Virus record (IMG/VR): IMGVR_UViG_3300029288_000083
Coordinates: 94,130 to 155,559 of that record
DNA from: a virus
Lineage: Duplodnaviria; Heunggongvirae; Uroviricota; Caudoviricetes
Reading direction: 5' to 3' (one strand)
DNA: 61,430 nucleotides
Positions 57,232 to 61,430 of the stretch are shown here, piece after piece (positions within the stretch are counted from its first letter, which is position 1; the number at the start of each line of letters is the position of its first letter). The position numbers were made by a program, and so were the translations under genes. A model generated the notes under the pieces. It saw only the letters and a program-made list of their open reading frames with translations. It was not told the DNA's origin and ran no database searches.

Positions 57232-57375
57232 TAGTTTTGTGCATTATTTTAAATTTGTTTGAATTATATTCATCAACAGAAATTAGTTTCATTAATGAAC
57301 TTTTGTTTTGTATATAGTTGTATATACAAAGTTATAATAAGTTGACATAATGTCTTTAGAATGATATCTGAATCA

Positions 57376-57735
57376 TTATTTTTGTTCTGTATTGCAACCG
57401 TGGATTTCGGCGTATCTTAAACCTGAAAGTAATCCATAAAAGTACGCATATATGTAACTTTTTGAAACATATCCTGAAATACTTGACCCGCCTTCAGTTG
57501 CAAAATTTACAACTTGTACTTCGGGTAAATTAGAAGCAACGTACAAATCATATCGTACAACGTATTCATTTACACGTCTTAAACCTTTCCATACTTTGAC
57601 CGGAAACTTACGTTCGTTTAAATAATGACGGTTACCAAACTTTTGTCTGACTTCTTGAAATAATTCATTTAATTCTTCATCTTCAACAGATGCAAACTTT
57701 GTATATTCGTATTCGTGTAAATATGTGCACATCAT
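57376..57735 (-). CDS. Hypothetical protein
   Basis: 119-aa ORF. Confidence 0.6.
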   Translation of the reverse strand: MMCTYLHEYEYTKFASVEDEELNELFQEVRQKFGNRHYLNERKFPVKVWKGLRRVNEYVVRYDLYVASNLPEVQVVNFATEGGSSISGYVSKSYIYAYFYGLLSGLRYAEIHGCNTEQK

Positions 57736-58142
57736 ATATTATTCTGTTTTAAAAGTGTTTTTGTTTCGATTATATACGCATTGATTAATGCTTGATTTTC
57801 CCAACCTTTAAATTTTGGATTTCTTTCGATTTGAAACAAATAATCTAAACATTCTTTATTGCCTACTTGTAATTCTAATGATTTTAAAATTGTTGTCATA
57901 CCGCTGTCTTCAAGTAATTTTTTTGCGGCTTCTCTTGCTTTCATAAATTCAACAGTAGGATCTCCAACATCGCCAGGATTTAAAATTGAACGTTGCACAA
58001 GAGCATGCATCATCTCATTTGTGTATCCGTCTACGTATGCTTGTTTTTGACTATCTGGGATTGATTCTTGAGATTCCCAATTATATCGAACTGTTCCTAT
58101 TGCATTCGGCAATAACATTAAAAATTCATTCATCATCACCAA
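57732..58142 (-). CDS. Hypothetical protein
   Basis: 136-aa ORF. Confidence 0.6.
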   Translation of the reverse strand: MVMMNEFLMLLPNAIGTVRYNWESQESIPDSQKQAYVDGYTNEMMHALVQRSILNPGDVGDPTVEFMKAREAAKKLLEDSGMTTILKSLELQVGNKECLDYLFQIERNPKFKGWENQALINAYIIETKTLLKQNNI

Positions 58143-58327
58143 TTAAACATTCCCATTTTTGATGCTTTAGCGTACTTAACCATAGCATCTAATAAAATAT
58201 CAGCAGCAACATTATTATCTTTTTCTTGTTTTATTTGTTCAACTAATTTTAATCGTTGTTCTAATAAACTTTTTCTTTGTTTTTCCATTGCGTCTGCATG
58301 TGGATCATCAGTTATCTTTTGCGACAT
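58136..58327 (-). CDS. Hypothetical protein
   Basis: Start trimmed to MSQKIT at 58327 to avoid overlap with the upstream gene. Confidence 0.55.
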   Translation of the reverse strand: MSQKITDDPHADAMEKQRKSLLEQRLKLVEQIKQEKDNNVAADILLDAMVKYAKASKMGMFNW

Positions 58328-58331
58328 TTTA

Positions 58332-58592
58332 TTATTTTTTTGCTTTTTGTAAACTGTCTTCGATTGTAAGCAGACGTGATAATTCAATAGATATCTTGCC
58401 TGTCGAATCATACTTCAATTGATGCGTTTCATTTAAATACATAATTGCCGCTGTTCTGCCGTAGTTCTTTCCTTGCTCAACATATGTTATACTGTCGATA
58501 TCTTTAAATTGTGTTGATGCATTCAATGAATCTTCCGAATTACAAGACAATAAAGAAATTCCTGCGAGTAATATTAAAGTAATTTTTTTCAT
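58332..58592 (-). CDS. Putative lipoprotein
   Basis: MKKITLILLAGISLLSC signal peptide. Confidence 0.6.
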   Translation of the reverse strand: MKKITLILLAGISLLSCNSEDSLNASTQFKDIDSITYVEQGKNYGRTAAIMYLNETHQLKYDSTGKISIELSRLLTIEDSLQKAKK

Positions 58593-58597
58593 ATCAA

Positions 58598-60595
58598 TTA
58601 AAATAAAGATTTAACATTTGATTTTGTAGCAATTTTTGCAGGTTTTACGTTAGGTGTAATTGCAACAACTTGTGGAGCAATTAATAAACCGTTTGGACGG
58701 TAACCGTTACAAAATTTATCAAGAAATTGTTCATACGATAAAACTTCAATTGAACCAGGATTTTTTGCATTTATTTTTGCAGCATTTGCCATTTTTCCAG
58801 TTGTAGAGTTTAAATCATCAGTAACAAGTACTTTTGAATTTGCAAGTTTTTCATGAATAAAACCGAATGTTTTTGCAATATCCATGAATGTATCTTTTGA
58901 ATCAAAACCAGCACCTTTAGGTGAACCGGTCATTTCAACACCGATTTTATTTGATAAATCTTCTGGCATTTTAATATCAATGAATTGCATTAATTCGCCG
59001 ATAGCATTATCAAGTTTTATACGTTTTGGTTGTCCTTTTTCAAAACCTTCAACAATCGTTTTTTGTAAACCTGAGAAATTGTAATCAACACCGGCAACAA
59101 GATTTGCAACTTGTTTCGATGTAGTTGTTCCCATACCTTGGTATCCTAACATTAAAATTAATTTTTGTAAAGGTAATTCCTTAGTATTTTCAATTTCTGA
59201 GAAAAGATTATCAACGATTTTGCCGTCAGTAACAATTCCTTTAGAAATTAATGTTTGTTTGTTGAATTTTGTTGGATTTAATAAATCAATTGCTTCAGTA
59301 AAACCTGAGTTAAAAATATCTTCAATCATTGAACCCCCAACTCCAAATAAATCAAGCATTGCAACACCTTGAGAAAACATTGCCTTTTTGATTCCAGAGC
59401 AATCAGAGTTTTTACACATTAAATGTACATCTTCAATTACAAGTTTTGATTTGCAATGTGGGCAATGTGTTGGTGCATTAAATTTTGATTCATCACCAGG
59501 TGCGGTTACAGCAACAACTTGAGGAATAATATCTCCAGCTTTAACGATTGTACAAATTGCGCCAGGGAAAACTTTATTTTTAATTACGAATCCGTAATTG
59601 TAAAGTGAAGCACGTTTAACAATTGTACCGTCTAAATCGACAGGTTCAAATATACCGACTGGAATCATTTCCCCAGTTTTTCCGAAATTCCATTGCAATG
59701 TTTCATTTGGAGTTGAGACGTCTTTTGGAGCAAATTTAATTGCAATCGCCCAGTTAGGATCGTGTGAGTTTTCGCCGAATTGTTCTCTATATTTTTCTGC
59801 AACTTTGATAACGAAACCGTCAAGTAAAAATGGAGCACGATTTTCGCGATAATCCTTCATTTTATAAAAAGATTTTTCAAAGTCAGAATAATGAACCCAA
59901 TATTTTTCTAATGGATATTGTTTATTGAATCCCCAATCTGTTAAGCAATCAATATTCATATATTCAACAATACCGTCATCATGTTTTTTGATTTCAACCG
60001 CCATGAATACGATATCTTTTAAACGAGATTTAGTTGCAGGTGTTACATCTTTTGCAAGAATTCCAGCAACAAGATTTCGCTCATTTGCAAATTCTGCAGC
60101 ATATTTTTTATTGAATATTGCTCTTGGCATAACAATTTCGCCACGAATTTCAACAGTTGAAAGACAAGGAATGGTTTTTGGTAATTGGTCGAATAATTTA
60201 TCAGTAATATCACGACCTTTTGTTCCGTTTCCTCTGGAAAGAGCAAGATGAAGTTTTCCTTTTTTGTAAATGATATTACCGGCGTTCCCATCCAGTTTTG
60301 GAGTCCATTCAAAGTGTTCCTGTTTACCGACGATATGTTGTTTCATCCAATCAATTGCATTTGCAATTGGTGGTTGCCCTGTTAATTTATCAGTCTGATA
60401 TTTTGATAACGATAACATCGGACTTATGTGTGGAAATTTTAAATTACGATCGTCAAAACCAACAATTTCAATAACATTTGAACCTTCATTTTTCAATTCA
60501 AGTTCAAGACGGTCAAATTCAGCATCAGTTAAAATTGGTTCACCTTGATAGTATTTTTCTTTTGCGTTTAAGTATAATTTTTCTTTAGTATTCAT
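58598..60595 (-). CDS. ligA: NAD+-dependent DNA ligase
   Basis: PMLSL, KLDG, SRGNG..G.DIT, EIRGEI, DGFVIK, KAGDIIPQV, CPHC...C...C zinc finger. Confidence 0.93.
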   Translation of the reverse strand: MNTKEKLYLNAKEKYYQGEPILTDAEFDRLELELKNEGSNVIEIVGFDDRNLKFPHISPMLSLSKYQTDKLTGQPPIANAIDWMKQHIVGKQEHFEWTPKLDGNAGNIIYKKGKLHLALSRGNGTKGRDITDKLFDQLPKTIPCLSTVEIRGEIVMPRAIFNKKYAAEFANERNLVAGILAKDVTPATKSRLKDIVFMAVEIKKHDDGIVEYMNIDCLTDWGFNKQYPLEKYWVHYSDFEKSFYKMKDYRENRAPFLLDGFVIKVAEKYREQFGENSHDPNWAIAIKFAPKDVSTPNETLQWNFGKTGEMIPVGIFEPVDLDGTIVKRASLYNYGFVIKNKVFPGAICTIVKAGDIIPQVVAVTAPGDESKFNAPTHCPHCKSKLVIEDVHLMCKNSDCSGIKKAMFSQGVAMLDLFGVGGSMIEDIFNSGFTEAIDLLNPTKFNKQTLISKGIVTDGKIVDNLFSEIENTKELPLQKLILMLGYQGMGTTTSKQVANLVAGVDYNFSGLQKTIVEGFEKGQPKRIKLDNAIGELMQFIDIKMPEDLSNKIGVEMTGSPKGAGFDSKDTFMDIAKTFGFIHEKLANSKVLVTDDLNSTTGKMANAAKINAKNPGSIEVLSYEQFLDKFCNGYRPNGLLIAPQVVAITPNVKPAKIATKSNVKSLF

Positions 60596-60624
60596 ATGTT
60601 TAAATTTTAAATTATCAATTGTTA

Positions 60625-60660
60625 AAAATCAAATATACAACATTTTGTATGCAGTAGCAA
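60625..60660 (-). promoter_or_regulatory. Early promoter, Bacteroidota sigma-A type
   Basis: Same 36-bp motif. Confidence 0.8.
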
Positions 60661-60672
60661 TGGTTTTACATA

Positions 60673-61353
60673 TTATTTTTCATATATCTCAAAAATAAAT
60701 TTAAAACCTTGAATTAAACATGCATCCTCTTTTGCTATGTTTTTTTCTTTATGCAATTCATATGTGTATTTACTTTTAACTTCTACTATTGTATTTGTTG
60801 ATTTGATGTAAAAATCTGGAAAGTATCGTCTTTCCTTACCATTGTATTTGTAATAAATTTTAAATTCGATATCTTTTCCTATAATGATATCGTTTTCATC
60901 ATAATCAAGTAATAACCTAGATAAAATTTGTGGTTCATAGCCTTGTAGTTTTACAATTCTACCAGATGGCATTTCAAAATCTTTATATGTAAAACATTGT
61001 TTTAGCCATAACTTTGAATATGAATCTGTTTTCCATTTTGCAATCATTAAATCTGACCGCCATTCTTTCATTTCTGTTGTGTTTAAACTTTCCTTTATTT
61101 TGATTGAAATTTCAACTTTTTTTACAGGGTCAGCCCACATTTTTATACTGTTTGCTGTTATTTTATTTCGTGTTTCATCTGATGAATTAAAAGTATTTTG
61201 CCACGAATCAATAACTTTTTCTTTATGCCCAGGTTTACGCCATAATTCTTTTGTTGTTTCTGCACACTTATTTTTGTATTCGGCGGAATGCACAGTTGCG
61301 AAATATGCATTTATTTTCAATTTCGGATATAATTTTATTTTTATTATATACAC
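60673..61353 (-). CDS. Free-standing endonuclease, PD-(D/E)xK type (start uncertain)
   Basis: LQGYE, RYFPDFYI...IVEVKS; helical repeats upstream; the ATG overlaps a TATATAA motif at 61344..61352. Confidence 0.7.
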   Translation of the reverse strand: MYIIKIKLYPKLKINAYFATVHSAEYKNKCAETTKELWRKPGHKEKVIDSWQNTFNSSDETRNKITANSIKMWADPVKKVEISIKIKESLNTTEMKEWRSDLMIAKWKTDSYSKLWLKQCFTYKDFEMPSGRIVKLQGYEPQILSRLLLDYDENDIIIGKDIEFKIYYKYNGKERRYFPDFYIKSTNTIVEVKSKYTYELHKEKNIAKEDACLIQGFKFIFEIYEK

Positions 61354-61374
61354 AAAATGACTTTAGTTTCACAT

Positions 61375-61401
61375 AAAAAAACCTGCAAATTAGCAGGTTT
61401 T
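61375..61401 (-). terminator. Intrinsic terminator
   Basis: AAAACCTGC-TAATTT-GCAGGTTTT followed by TTT. Confidence 0.7.
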
Positions 61402-61430
61402 GATTTTAGTTATTATATTTTGCATTTACT

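Noticed and set aside
20856-60660. Repeated 36-mer as a CRISPR repeat or mobile-element end
   Set aside because: Copies are dispersed singly upstream of genes, not arrayed with spacers; no cas or transposase genes are present
105-61360. Plus-strand ORFs in the track (e.g. 157..666, 5574..6011, 49665..50156, 35686..35937)
   Set aside because: All are antisense shadows of well-supported minus-strand genes or terminators, with no motifs and no plus-strand promoters
1-61430. Genome-wide TAG reassignment (code 15)
   Set aside because: Core genes are full length in code 11 with no internal TAG; five genes end in TAG; only one in-frame TAG was found

Overview
A 61.4-kb AT-rich segment of a large T4-like myovirus (jumbo-phage type). 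Every supportable gene lies on the minus strand. The host is most likely Bacteroidota, inferred from 11 dispersed copies of a TTG-N20-TATATTTG promoter. Contents from left to right: (1) a tail/packaging block with chaperones, tube, a 1133-aa sheath, terminase and neck; (2) RNase H and clamp-loader genes; (3) an accessory region of about 20 kb (15.5-35.7 kb) with a Thg1-like protein, NADAR, three nucleotidyltransferases, a HAD phosphatase, a PRTase, NadE, BtpA and homing endonucleases; (4) portal, gp2, gp4, gp55 and gp15; (5) a replication block with gp46/47, gp41, UvsX, the C-terminal half of PolB, clamp, ClpP, topoisomerase II and NAD-dependent ligase. The best candidate for an undescribed system has two parts absent from the ORF track: a tRNA with a CUA (amber) anticodon at 30460-30532, and a Met-less PTH2-like peptidyl-tRNA hydrolase gene at 24462-24818 whose fifth codon is an in-frame TAG. 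The rest of the window reads in the standard code, so hydrolase expression may be gated by amber read-through. Other notable features: a fractured terL gene with an atypically split intein flanking a free-standing endonuclease; a GIY-YIG endonuclease sitting between a truncated and an intact copy of a NADAR gene; a naturally split DNA polymerase; and a candidate +1 frameshift in the tail chaperone pair. All family assignments come from motif recognition by eye; no database searches were run.
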